From an uncultured Chloroflexia bacterium (lineage in GTDB: Bacteria > Chloroflexota > Anaerolineae > Anaerolineales > Villigracilaceae), in the NCBI GenBank assembly GCA_963826215.1, contig CAWGWL010000037.1, forward strand, positions 27,921 through 91,920: a stretch of DNA of 64,000 bases, given 5' to 3'. The position numbers were made by a program, and so were the translations under genes. Positions 1 through 9,904 of the stretch are shown piece by piece. The stretch's first letter is position 1. The number at the start of each line of letters is the position of its first letter. The notes beneath the pieces were generated by a model that saw only the letters and a list, made by a program, of their open reading frames with translations, did not search any database and was not told the origin of the DNA.

Positions 1-2195
1 CGTGAGGGACAGCCGGGTCGGCAGCGAGGGCGCTGGCCGGAACCAGGTCTGTAACGACATTGACCCACAAGAGCATGATGGCAGAAAGGGGGAAATACCC
101 GGCGATGGAAAGGGCAAGGACAACGAATACCTCACCCAGACTGGTGCTGAGCAGGTAGTTGGTGAACTTGCGGATGTTATCGAAGATTCGCCGGCCTTCT
201 TCGACCGCAGCAATGATGGTTGAGAAATTATCATCCAGCAGGACCATGGCAGCAGATTCCCGGGCAATGTCCGTGCCGCGGAGACCCATTGCAATCCCCA
301 CATCGGACTGTTTGAGGGCGGTGGCATCATTGACGCCGTCCCCGGTCATGGCCACCACATGCCCGTCATCCTGGAGGGCTTGCAAGACCTGCTGCTTGAC
401 TTGCGGGGTAGCCCGGGCCACGATATCCACCACCTTCATCTTTTGAGTGAGTTCGCTGCGGGTGATTTCTCCAAGCGTACGGGCATCCACCACGCGCTGC
501 CCGATCCCGAGGGTTCCAGCAATTGCCTGGGCGGTCAGACCGTTATCCCCGGTGATCATTACCACGCGGATTCCGGCTCCCCGGGCACGGGCAATGGCTT
601 CAGCAGCCCCGGGGCGCGGCGGGTCGATGAGAGCTAAAAGACCGATGAAGGTCAGGTTATCTTCAGCTTGATCAAGCGGGGCATCCTTCGCCAATTCCCT
701 GCCAGCCACCCCCAGGACATAAAACCCTTTTCCCTGCAGTTCTGTCACCTGCTGGCGGATAGCCTGGCAGCGCTGGTCTGCGAGCGGAAATTCTTCCGCA
801 ACTTCACGGCAATGCGAACAATGCTCCAGCACAGGCCCCGGGGCACCTTTTGTGATAACCATCAACCGCCCAAGCCTGGTCATGGATCGTGGTCATCATC
901 TTTCGTTCGGAGCTGAAGGGAATCTCGTTGAGACGTGGATATGTTTTTCGCTCCTGCTCCAGGTCAAGACCAGCAGCATGAGCTGCCTTGACCAAGGCAG
1001 TATCCACCGGGTCGCCCTGCACATCGGTCCCGTTGCCATCAGGATAAGAGGCCTCATTGCATAAAATTCCCGCCCGCAGCAATTCGAGGGCGGCTGGGTT
1101 GGCGTGCACGTCCTGTGGAAGTTCCAGCAACTGTCCAGCGATATACATTTTTTGCAGGGTCATCAAATTTTGTGTAAGGGTACCGGTCTTGTCGGTGCAG
1201 ATGGTATCCACCGACCCGAGTGATTCAACGACCGACAAGCGGCGGACCACAGCCTTGCGACGGGACATCTGACGAGCCCCGAGCGCCAAGGCAAAGGTGA
1301 GCACAATTGGCAGGCTCTCGGGGATGGTGGCAATGGCCAGGCTAAGGGTATTGAGGGCGATGTCGACCGGCGGTTCGTGGAGGAGAAAGAGCAGTACTCC
1401 AGCCACCAAAACCGCAAGAGAGGCTACGAGGACCGTCATCTGGCGGGCCATCTTTTGCACTTCAACCTGGAACGGGGTGGGACGCTCAGCCATGAAGCCG
1501 AGTGTTGCTGCAATCTGACCAACCTGCGTGTCCATCCCGGTATTGACTGCGACTGCCTGACCGGTCCCATGGGTAACGAAAGTGGAGGCGAATACCATGC
1601 TGGTGCGTTCCGCAAGGGGTGCGTCTGGTGCAACGGGCTGGGGAGATTTATCGACCCCCACACTTTCCCCGGTGAGGGCTGACTCGTCGGTGCGCAGGCT
1701 GTGTGCATCGACCAGGCGTGCATCAGCAGGAACCTTCTGCCCCTGAATAAGCACGAGGATGTCCCCGGGGACGACTTGAGCGGCGTCAATTTGACGGGAA
1801 ACGCCGGAGCGCAAAACCGTGGTCTTGAAGACAAGCAGCTGGTCGAGGGCTTCCAGTTCCCTGCGGGCGCGGTATTCCTCGAAAAAGTTCAAAGCCACGC
1901 TCAGAATTACGATGGCAAGAATGAACCAGCCGGTGAGTCGACGCCCACTTTCACCAGGAAGAAAGCTGACAGCAAAAGCCAGGAGGGCGGCAAAAAGCAA
2001 AACGAGAATGAAATAGTTGGCAAACTGTCTGAAAAACAGGATCCAAGGTGAGACCGGTTTACGACGGAGAATCTCGTTACGCCCGAGACGAGCCAGACGG
2101 TCGGTGACTTCTGCGTCCGTCAGACCTTCGGGACGGGTATCGAGCTGTCGATAAACTTCTGTCAACCCCAGATGATGCCAGATTTGAGTTTCCAT
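1..2195 (-). pseudogene. Cation-transporting P-type ATPase (HAD-IC/P2-like). The 3' end runs off the window and the frame is broken once as assembled.
   Basis: ORF 804..2195 has the N-terminal cation-ATPase domain, LTGES and the phosphorylation motif ICTDKTGTLTQN. My translation of the minus strand of 1..882 in the next frame continues VITKGAP..., VMITGDN..., MTGDGVNDATALKQSDVGIAMG (hinge motif). The two open frames overlap only between ~855 and ~891, so one extra base there splits the gene. Confidence 0.85.
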
Positions 2196-2304
2196 TAATC
2201 CCTAACAAGCAAAACCAAGTCAAGATAGCGATCAACCATACCATTTTAACTTGTTACATCCCAATTTCGACAGGGCGGCCGACAAACGATGGGACATTGG
2301 GATG

Positions 2305-2751
2305 TTACTTTGGGGAGGAATTGTACCAGCCACTGCGAGTACCGGTGTGCACGTCAAAATCCGACACATAGGGCTTGATATCCAGGAGCGGGGTGCCATC
2401 CAGTATGTCCAGCCCTTCGACCTGCAGAATATTATCGTTTCGGGAGATCAAAGTGACGACCGATAACCCAATCGGGTTTGGACGGGCGGGATAGCGAGTG
2501 GCGAACACCCCACGCAATTGATCGTCGAGGAAAGGTTTGACGAGCAGGGAAAACCCTGACAACTCGTGAAAGAAATATAACAAAATAATGTGAGAGAACC
2601 CTTCCAGGTCTTGCAGCCCCTCAGCATATTCCGGATAGACTTCCACGACTCCTTTTGCCTGGGACCGGGAAGCCTGGATGGGCGTTTCAGATTTGTCGAT
2701 GAACGAGGAATGGATGATCCCAATTGGGCGCAGTTGAAAGTCCATGATCAC
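2305..2751 (-). CDS. TsaA/TrmO (YaeB, UPF0066) family tRNA-methyltransferase-like protein
   Basis: 148-aa ORF with family hallmarks: PIGIIHSSF near the N-terminus, RPNPIGLSVV, and GTPLLDIKPY. Confidence 0.7.
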   Translation of the reverse strand: MIMDFQLRPIGIIHSSFIDKSETPIQASRSQAKGVVEVYPEYAEGLQDLEGFSHIILLYFFHELSGFSLLVKPFLDDQLRGVFATRYPARPNPIGLSVVTLISRNDNILQVEGLDILDGTPLLDIKPYVSDFDVHTGTRSGWYNSSPK

Positions 2752-2768
2752 ATTCTAATGAAGTCCAG

Positions 2769-3080
2769 TTATTGGATAGACTGAGAGCGTTTATGGATTT
2801 GATCTACTAAAATGCTGCGAACAAGATCACAGACAACAGCAATTTTATCATCCGTTATCTGGTAAACCCTTGTATTGCCTACCTTCCTCGAAGTTACAAC
2901 ACCCACGTTATGGAGGACAGATAACTGACGCGAAACAGACCCCTGCGGCAAGTTGATCTCCTGGCAGATTTCACTGACCGTAAGAGGATGTTCGCGCAGG
3001 ATGTGGAGCAATTGCAAGCGTACAGCGTTGCCCATCGCCTTGCAAAATTCCGCCTGAATTGCGAACATATACTGATTCAT
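2769..3080 (-). CDS. ArsR/SmtB family transcriptional regulator
   Basis: 103 aa, winged-HTH core AMGNAVRLQLLHIL...LTVSEICQEINLPQGSVSRQLSVL. Confidence 0.85.
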   Translation of the reverse strand: MNQYMFAIQAEFCKAMGNAVRLQLLHILREHPLTVSEICQEINLPQGSVSRQLSVLHNVGVVTSRKVGNTRVYQITDDKIAVVCDLVRSILVDQIHKRSQSIQ

Positions 3081-3102
3081 ATCAGGGGTTTCCTTCTGAT
3101 TT

Positions 3103-3495
3103 TCAGTGCAACCACTCGGGGTGGTCCTCCAGTTGACCGTTCAGGTAGGACTTTAGAGCATGATCAATTTCGAGAATATCCGTCAGGATGGGTTTAATCC
3201 CGGCTTGCACCAGGTTATTATAGGCACCCTGCCCCATTCCACGCGCCAGCAACACCTGGCAATCGCGAATGGGTGCGAGCATGCGTGCATGCAGACCTTC
3301 CTCAGCCGGGCCAAAACCATGGGCGAAACCTGGCTCTGTCTGATGTTGATGCCCAGGCTGATCATGTGCGGGTTTTGGGAGGGTCTCCTGCCCTGTGATC
3401 TTCCCATCAGAAATTGTGAAAACTTCGTAGAATACGGCACGCCCGAAATGGGCACTGATCGTTTTGTGGTCATCCGTTACAACAGCAATTTTCAT
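3103..3495 (-). CDS. NifB/NifX-family (dinitrogenase FeMo-cofactor-binding domain) protein
   Basis: MKIAVVTDD...ISAHFGRA...VLLARGMGQGAYNNLVQAGIKPI pattern typical of the family. GGGAG Shine-Dalgarno 7 nt upstream of ATG 3495, while the ORF-track start 3531 lacks one. Contains a His/Gln-rich insert. Confidence 0.6.
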   Translation of the reverse strand: MKIAVVTDDHKTISAHFGRAVFYEVFTISDGKITGQETLPKPAHDQPGHQHQTEPGFAHGFGPAEEGLHARMLAPIRDCQVLLARGMGQGAYNNLVQAGIKPILTDILEIDHALKSYLNGQLEDHPEWLH

Positions 3496-3625
3496 TTTGT
3501 TCTCCCTTAACCTAGCATTAGCAGGATACATTAAATATATTATCGTCCAAACGTTTTATACTTTCCATTCCCCTCTTCTGTCAAAAATAAAGGATGGTCT
3601 CAATTTTGAGAAGCAACTATATTGT

Positions 3626-4186
3626 CTAAATATGATGCCGATCCATCCAAACCAGTCCAAAAACAAAGAGCAACACGATCGACATCATAGCAACAACTAC
3701 CAAAAAAGATTGCCAAGAAAAAGATGAGCTGATTAGTTTGGTTGAAATATTGATATTTCCCGACATTGGCCCAGCATAGGTGTTGACAACTGGCAAGAGT
3801 GTAGGCGTTGCACAACTGCCAGGTGTGACACCCAATGTTGGGGCGAAAATGGATGCACGCCCAACATAGTCCAACGGGTGGCAGCTATGGCAGTCAGTGT
3901 AGATATCGTTCAGGGGGTTTGCTGTCAAGTCTTCGTGAGCCAAGTCTTTAACCATCGATGTACCGTTGCCGCCATGGCAATTGATGCAGATATCTTTGCT
4001 GGCATGAATTATATGCCATTCACCTTTCCCATTCACTGGATCTTCCTTTGTATGACAGGTAATGCAAGAGGAAGATTGTGGATCTCCGCAGGATGCCCGA
4101 ACGGGAATTATCATAAACCAAAGCATTATGGTGACACCCGCCAGCGAAGAGAAGAGGAACCAACGGAAAATCCGTCTCGTTACCAA
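3626..4186 (-). CDS. Membrane-anchored triheme c-type cytochrome
   Basis: N-terminal signal/anchor helix, three CXXCH motifs (CITCH, CINCH, CHSCH) and a C-terminal TM helix. Paralogue of 13283..14170. Confidence 0.75.
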   Translation of the reverse strand: MVTRRIFRWFLFSSLAGVTIMLWFMIIPVRASCGDPQSSSCITCHTKEDPVNGKGEWHIIHASKDICINCHGGNGTSMVKDLAHEDLTANPLNDIYTDCHSCHPLDYVGRASIFAPTLGVTPGSCATPTLLPVVNTYAGPMSGNINISTKLISSSFSWQSFLVVVAMMSIVLLFVFGLVWMDRHHI

Positions 4187-4214
4187 AATACACCTCCTTT
4201 AAGGTGCATTAACC

Positions 4215-4841
4215 CTATCGTGAGAAATGACGCTCTTTTGGACGGTCGCGATCGTCCAATGGACAGAGAAGAAGTAAATTACGGGAAGGGGTGGCACCCA
4301 TATTTTTCCACTGGTGAGGCAAATAAGCTTCAAAGAAGAGGCTGTCACCCGGATTGAGTACATAATTCTCGGTATCCACGCGATAAGTAATCTGCCCTTC
4401 CAGGCAGTAAACGAATTCGCGCCCAGTGTGGACAATGGGAGTTTTACCACTATCTGCATTTGGAGCAAGCGTGACGATGAACGGTTCCGCCCCAAAGCGC
4501 GGCATCCCCGCCCCCAGATCCTCGATCGAACCATGGATGAACGCGGCGCGCGGGCGATTTCCGACTTTCTGGTGTACAACAAGTTGGTCACCGTGATCAG
4601 TCTCGAAGAAGGCGGATATGGGTACCTGCAGAGTCTGCGCCAATTGCTGGAGTGTGCTCACACTCGGAGAAGTGCGCCGATTTTCAATCAGGCTTAACGT
4701 ATTTACGTTAAGACCACTTTGTTCAGCCAGAACACGAAGGGAAATGTCACGGGTAGCGCGGCAATTCGCGCAACCGCCGACCCACATCAATATCATCGAC
4801 GGGAGCATTCTCAACAGGCTGTTCTTTCGAAATTGGTGCAT
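4215..4841 (-). CDS. XRE-family HTH + cupin-domain transcriptional regulator
   Basis: HTH_3 segment ISLRVLAEQSGLNVNTLSLIENRRTSPSVSTLQQLAQTL followed by a cupin beta-barrel (HTGREFVYCLEG...PGDSLFFEAYLPHQW). The true start may be an internal Met (4787-4808). Confidence 0.8.
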   Translation of the reverse strand: MHQFRKNSLLRMLPSMILMWVGGCANCRATRDISLRVLAEQSGLNVNTLSLIENRRTSPSVSTLQQLAQTLQVPISAFFETDHGDQLVVHQKVGNRPRAAFIHGSIEDLGAGMPRFGAEPFIVTLAPNADSGKTPIVHTGREFVYCLEGQITYRVDTENYVLNPGDSLFFEAYLPHQWKNMGATPSRNLLLLCPLDDRDRPKERHFSR

Positions 4842-5040
4842 TTGTCATAATAATTTTCCTAAGTGTGTTTTATTACTATTATTATAGTACATTTATAGGG
4901 AAATTACAAATAATGTTACTATTATAATGGTTGTTAATATTATATCTTTAGGAAGGTATTCAAAGCTACATGCCAAGATTGTCCTCGAGTCAATAGTCTA
5001 CTCATTAGTTCAAACATATAAGTGAGACTTACCGGAAGTA

Positions 5041-5077
5041 ATAAAAAGAGCCCTTGAATATGATCAAGAGCTCTTGG
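5041..5077 (-). terminator. Intrinsic terminator of the respiratory operon
   Basis: On the minus strand, 26 nt after the Rieske stop: 12-bp stem (AAGAGCTCTTGA/TCAAGGGCTCTT, one mismatch), 6-nt loop, then TTTTTATT. Confidence 0.6.
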
Positions 5078-5102
5078 ATGGGAAGGCGAAGAAAAGATTC
5101 CG

Positions 5103-5519
5103 TTATCTAATGTACAAGTGTAAATTCCCATCGGAAGTAATCCCCGAGAGAAAGGAATTTAAAGGTTTAGCCGCCGGGCCACGGGTCACATTGCCTTGCA
5201 AGTCGAACCTGGAACCGTGACACGGGCAGGCAAACCCATCCGGCTTGCTTTCAACGGTGCAGCCCAGGTGGGTACAAAGCAGGCTGACGGCTTTGAATCC
5301 GGTTTGAGTGTGGAGGAGCAGCGCCGGGACTTCGAGTAGGACCGTGCGCGAATTGAGTGGATACTTGCCAGGAGAGCCGAGGTCAAAATCGGTTGGCGGG
5401 GAGGGTTCGGTGCGGGTATCCAGGAAACGGAACAGCCCACCCAGCCCGAGGAGACCACTGATCGATAAAACAGCAGCACTGGCAAGCTTTAGAAAATTCC
5501 GACGAGAAATATCTGCCAT
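5103..5519 (-). CDS. Rieske [2Fe-2S] protein with twin-arginine signal
   Basis: [17 protein letters not shown] (Tat motif). Cluster boxes CTHLGCTV and [14 protein letters not shown] 3 nt upstream of ATG 5519. Confidence 0.9.
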   Translation of the reverse strand: MADISRRNFLKLASAAVLSISGLLGLGGLFRFLDTRTEPSPPTDFDLGSPGKYPLNSRTVLLEVPALLLHTQTGFKAVSLLCTHLGCTVESKPDGFACPCHGSRFDLQGNVTRGPAAKPLNSFLSGITSDGNLHLYIR

Positions 5520-5524
5520 ATCCT

Positions 5525-6780
5525 TTACCGCTCCACTGCGTGGCAGGTGTGGCAATAGGCCGAGGACTGGTCAACTCCATTTTGGGTACAGGCGCTGCCC
5601 AGCACGGGTTTGAATGGGAAAACCTGGCTGGTGGCTTTTCCGACCAGTTGATAAGTCCCACCGGGCAGGACAAGCGTGTTCCAAAGCGGTTCATCTTTTT
5701 CAGTTACCAGGATGGTATCGCCCAACTTTAAATCCACCACCGGGTTGAGAAGCGAGAGGCGGAAGGCCAGGTCGTTGGGATCAGTCAGCGTACGAGTCTG
5801 CGGCAGGGCGGTGGGAGTGCCGTGACAAGTTTTACATTGAACATATTGAATATCCTTTTTGACGCTGTACAAGTTACCATCCCCCATAGCTTCGGACCGG
5901 GTATGACAATCAACGCAGTCGAGCTTCCACTCACATCTGGTGAACTGGGCAATGGGTTGATAGTAATCATGCAACCGGTCTGTGGGGAAATCCTGACGGG
6001 AGGTGAAGGTAATCGTGCGCAGATCGTAGTTGCCACGGTTATGGCAGGTATCGCATTGTGTGTAGGATATGGCGGTAGTGAGCTTATGAACCTGGTTCGA
6101 CTGAATATCCCGAGCGTTGGAACGGTCTGCGGATTGGGTGGGAGTATGACAGGCAGCACAACCGGTAAACCGGTAATAATCGCTTCCAGGCAATGGTTGG
6201 GCGGATAGGTGACAGGTCAGGCAATTTTGTCCGAAAGCCCTGACCGAAGGATTGGTTTCCCGGGTGGGATCAAACGCCTCCAAGGAGGTAATGCCACTGG
6301 TGCCCCTGGCACCTGGACGGCATATATTCCCAGCCGGGCTTTCAAATCCGGCTGGGCGCCAAATGTATATAGAATATTGGCGATGGCGCCTGCATAAGTT
6401 GCCTGGATGCTGGTGGTGGCACGCTGGATATGATCGCTGAAATTTCCGGGGGTGCCGTAGTGGCAATCAGCCCCACCACAGGAAGCCTGGACGACCGAGA
6501 AATCTGAAGGATTCTTCCCACCCCGCATAGTGCTGTGAGCCAGATCTGCATCCAGCGCCAGGGGCTCACCACCGTGACAGAGCACGCAGCCAAATGACTG
6601 AAGCGGATGTGCGTTGCTAATCTGTTCCAGGTCCGAGTGACAGGTGAGGCAGTACTCCACCTGACCGGTGATCGTGGGGGTAAGGGGAACAGGTGGCGGA
6701 CGACGACCTTCCTGCCAAGCGGCGACGAGTATGGCAAGTAATAAAGTGAATGAACCGGCGAGGTGAAAATAGCGGCGCAT
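5525..6780 (-). pseudogene. Multiheme c-type cytochrome (8 CXXCH + 1 CX4CH), frame broken once as assembled
   Basis: ORF 6217..6780 (signal anchor, CLTCH, CVLCH, CGGADCH) and ORF 5525..6466 (CLTCH, CAACH, CDTCH, CVDCH, CKTCH, CHTCH) overlap in different frames. Sense reads ...GIYAVQVPGA then shifts to TSGITSLEAFDP... at the CCCC run 6303-6306 (one base missing). Confidence 0.8.
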
Positions 6781-6789
6781 ATACTGGAT

Positions 6790-7823
6790 TCAGGAGGCGG
6801 GTACCAAAGCCAGAATGGTCAATACAAATACAGCCAAAAGGACGAAAACAGCCAACCCCTGTGCGAGGCGGCCTCTTTTGGGGAACCAGCGTCCCAATTC
6901 GGTCCTGACCGGTTTCGGGAAGATATAAGGGATGAGAGAAAGGAGCAGAAACACAGCCAGCGGGACGAACACCCCCCAGAAGAAGGGGCTGCCCAGCTTG
7001 AGCATCTGCTGTACCCAGAGGAAAAACCAGGGGCGCGGGCAGTCTCCACAATGGGGGAGGAGGCGGTGATCGAGGCGGCCAGTGGGGCGGGAGCGTAAGT
7101 AGCGAGCAGGAGCAACCCGGCGCCTGCCAGAAGCATGGCGAGAACTTCACGCCGGATCAGCTCAAAGCGGGAAATGCGAATTTGATCCTGGCGGAACGCG
7201 GGCGGGGGAACGGCGATACCGCCATCGCGGCGGACGCGAAAAATATGCCACACAACCAGGATCCCGGCGGCGAGGGTAAGGCCAAAAATATGCCAGGCAT
7301 AGAAACGAATCAGGGTAGCCGGGCCAGGCTGAGTGCCACCCACCAATATTGTATAAAATGCATTACCTACGAGGGGGATCGTTTTCACCAGGTTGGTGCC
7401 GGTGACCAGCGCCCAATGGATACCCTCATCCCAGCGCAGGACATAGCCGGTAAAATCCAGCAGGACTGCCAGCATAAGGAGTCCCATCCCCAGCAGATAG
7501 TTGAGGCGACGCGGAGGAGCATATGACCCGGTGAGAATCACCCGTAAAAGGTGTACGAGCGTGACAACGACCAGGAATTGCGCCGACCAATAGTGCAGGT
7601 TGCGGACCAGTCCACCGAATGGGACCAGGAATGTGAGAGTCTGGATCGAGAGCGCAGCCTGGTCGGGGGTGGGGATATAGTAAAACATCTCCAACAGGCC
7701 GGTGACCAGAAGAATGAGCGACAGGAAGACAGCCAAACCACCGGCGGCGAGAGTATAACGCAAACGCGCCTGGCGGGCAGGGATGGTTGGTGGATGGAGG
7801 TGATGGAAAAAATTCGGCCTCAT
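6790..7823 (-). pseudogene. Cytochrome b (b6 + subunit-IV-like fusion) of a Rieske/cyt b complex, frame broken once as assembled
   Basis: HLHPPTIP N-terminus and His-bearing helices (RNLHYWSAQF...VHLLR; YAWHIF...VWHIF). The 6819..7823 frame becomes nonsense after ...ETARAP. The adjacent frame continues WFFLWVQQMLKLGSPFFWGV... (ORF 6790..7005). The shift is at the GGGG run 7030-7033 (one base missing). Confidence 0.85.
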
Positions 7824-7880
7824 AATAAGATTATATCGTGTGATGAAAAACCGCCCCTCTTCCCGGAGCGGTTTTTTGAT

Positions 7881-9101
7881 TCAGGGGAAAGGGGGTCTCG
7901 GACTACCAAGAGGTTTACGAGACGATCCCCGGGGTCTCTTCTCCGGTGCCGGGTCGAAAACCGTAAGGTATTTCACTGCCAGGCCAAAGGCCAGGATTCC
8001 AGCTGAAAAGATGCCAATAGAAAGAGCCATCTCGGGAATGGACGGAAAATAAGTGACCTGGCTCATAAAAGTGGGCATATAAGTGACGGGGTCTGGATGA
8101 GTGACAGCGAACCAGCTCACATTGAATCGGTTCAAGATCATCCCAAGCAGCACCGCCAGGGCGCCAATCAATAATCCACGCGGACTCTGGCGGACCTTGC
8201 TGAATGAGAAAAGCAAAATGGGCAAAACTGCACCCAAAAGGATCTCTGCCCAAAAGAGGACGCTCATCAGGCCGCCGGTAAAGAGATATTGCAGATCACC
8301 GGCGTATGCGAGTTGACCAAATTTAACAACCAGGTAGAGCCCGAGAACAAATGGAATAAAGCAGGCCAGTTTCTCCAGCAAATGGATCTCAAGGCCACGG
8401 TTGAAGTAGCGCGAACTGAGAGAAGATTCAAAAAGGATCATGGCGAGACCGATCGCCAACGCAGAAATGAAGAACAGCACCGGCAAGATGGGCGTCCACC
8501 AGAGGGGGTAGAGCTTGGCAGGCTGGATGAGGAGAAGCGCACCCAGCGCTCCCTGATGGAGGGTGGAGATCACCGCCCCGAGGATAACGAGCGGCTTCAT
8601 GAAACGGCGAATGAAACCGGCAAGTTTATCCCATTTCAGGCGTTCGAAAATTGCCGGGGCAAATTCAACCGCCATGATGGCCGAATAAGCCATCACGTAG
8701 AGACCGATGACCAACAGGAAGGAGGTGAAATTCTGGTAGATGAAATAATGCCAGATGCGTTCCGGGTGACCCAGATCGACCAGGAGGGCGATAACCTCCA
8801 TGATGTAACCAAGCAAGCCGGTCAACAGGGTGGGGCGGACGAGGGGACGGAATTGCTCGAGCTCGAGGAGGTAAACGAGGGAGGTAATGATGAAGGCACC
8901 ACTACTGATAGCGATGCCAGTATACAAATCAAAGCTGACCCAAAATCCCCACGGGTAGGCATTGCTCAAGTTGCTGATAGCGCCAATCCCATTGGCATAA
9001 CGAAGCATGGCGACGATAAAGGCAATGCTCATCAGGGATAGGAGAACCACGACCAGCGGTTTCAGGCGGAAGCGAGGATGGATGGTAACTTTAAGATTCA
9101 T
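7881..9101 (-). CDS. NrfD/PsrC-family integral-membrane quinol-interacting subunit
   Basis: 406-aa polytopic membrane protein directly downstream of (4-nt overlap with) the Fe-S subunit gene. Size and hydrophobic pattern match polysulfide-reductase-type NrfD proteins. Confidence 0.75.
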   Translation of the reverse strand: MNLKVTIHPRFRLKPLVVVLLSLMSIAFIVAMLRYANGIGAISNLSNAYPWGFWVSFDLYTGIAISSGAFIITSLVYLLELEQFRPLVRPTLLTGLLGYIMEVIALLVDLGHPERIWHYFIYQNFTSFLLVIGLYVMAYSAIMAVEFAPAIFERLKWDKLAGFIRRFMKPLVILGAVISTLHQGALGALLLIQPAKLYPLWWTPILPVLFFISALAIGLAMILFESSLSSRYFNRGLEIHLLEKLACFIPFVLGLYLVVKFGQLAYAGDLQYLFTGGLMSVLFWAEILLGAVLPILLFSFSKVRQSPRGLLIGALAVLLGMILNRFNVSWFAVTHPDPVTYMPTFMSQVTYFPSIPEMALSIGIFSAGILAFGLAVKYLTVFDPAPEKRPRGSSRKPLGSPRPPFP

Positions 9102-9904
9102 TGTTCCTCCTCCGGCCGTGTTCCTGAGGTTTCAAGCTCCTGGGAATGCGCTTCTTTATTCTTTTTAACCACATGGACACCCACAGCGAGACCAGTTAAC
9201 GCGGCACCCAGCCCGAGTGCAGAAGGCAGGGTCAGTCTCATCACCGCTTCACTGACGTCCTTAACCGGGCTGGAGGGCAACTCCGGCAGGCCAAGCTCGT
9301 TAAACGGGACATGCGAAAGGATAAGGTAAGACGTGCCCCCGTTCTCTGACTCGCCATAGACATGGTTGAGGTAACGCGCCGGCTGAGCGGCGAGGCGGTC
9401 ATGGGCATATTTCAGGAGTTCGTCCCGTTCGCCGAACATCAGCGCACCGGTGGGGCAGGTGGCGACGCAAGCCGGTTCCAGGCCAACGTCGATGCGCTGG
9501 GTACACATGGAACATTTATCGATGAAGGCTCCGTCCACTAAACCCTTGTCATAGTCAAAGTGCGGCACGCCAAAGGGGCAGGCATTCATGCAATAACGGC
9601 AGCCGATGCACTTTTTCGGGTCGTATATTACCGGGCCGTCCGAACGCTTGCTGTATGCGCCCACCGGGCAGGCCGAAAGACAATCGGGTTCGTTGCAATG
9701 CATACAATGATAGACCATGGAGGCGCGCACCGGATTGGGATATTCCCCCTTCAGACCGACACCTGCAACCCAAATGCGGGTCTTATTCATGGGGATCTTA
9801 TTTTCAACACTGCAGGCGACCATACAGGCGCGGCAATCGATACAGCGGGTGGAGTCGAACAGGAAAGATTTATGTTGAATGTCTGGCATGGAATCGGCTC
9901 CCAT
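9098..9904 (-). CDS. 4Fe-4S ferredoxin-type electron-transfer subunit (PsrB/DmsB/HybA-like) with C-terminal membrane anchor
   Basis: Four Cys clusters (CIDCRACMVAC, CMHCNEPDCLSACP, CIGCRYCMNACP, CSMC...CVATCP) and a terminal hydrophobic helix LGLGAALTGLAVGVHVV. The start may be Met6 (9889), which has a GGGAG upstream. Confidence 0.85.
   Translation of the reverse strand: MGADSMPDIQHKSFLFDSTRCIDCRACMVACSVENKIPMNKTRIWVAGVGLKGEYPNPVRASMVYHCMHCNEPDCLSACPVGAYSKRSDGPVIYDPKKCIGCRYCMNACPFGVPHFDYDKGLVDGAFIDKCSMCTQRIDVGLEPACVATCPTGALMFGERDELLKYAHDRLAAQPARYLNHVYGESENGGTSYLILSHVPFNELGLPELPSSPVKDVSEAVMRLTLPSALGLGAALTGLAVGVHVVKKNKEAHSQELETSGTRPEEEQ

Noticed and set aside
6617-7150. 177-aa minus-strand ORF bridging the cytochrome b / multiheme cytochrome boundary
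   Set aside because: It is an alternative frame of two genes whose proper frames carry heme and TM motifs. The product is Pro/Arg/Ser-rich nonsense. It exists only because of the local frameshift-induced ORF fragmentation.
8289-9041. 250-aa plus-strand ORF inside the NrfD-type gene
   Set aside because: It is antisense to a well-supported polytopic membrane gene. The translation is charged low-complexity sequence without motifs or a Shine-Dalgarno.
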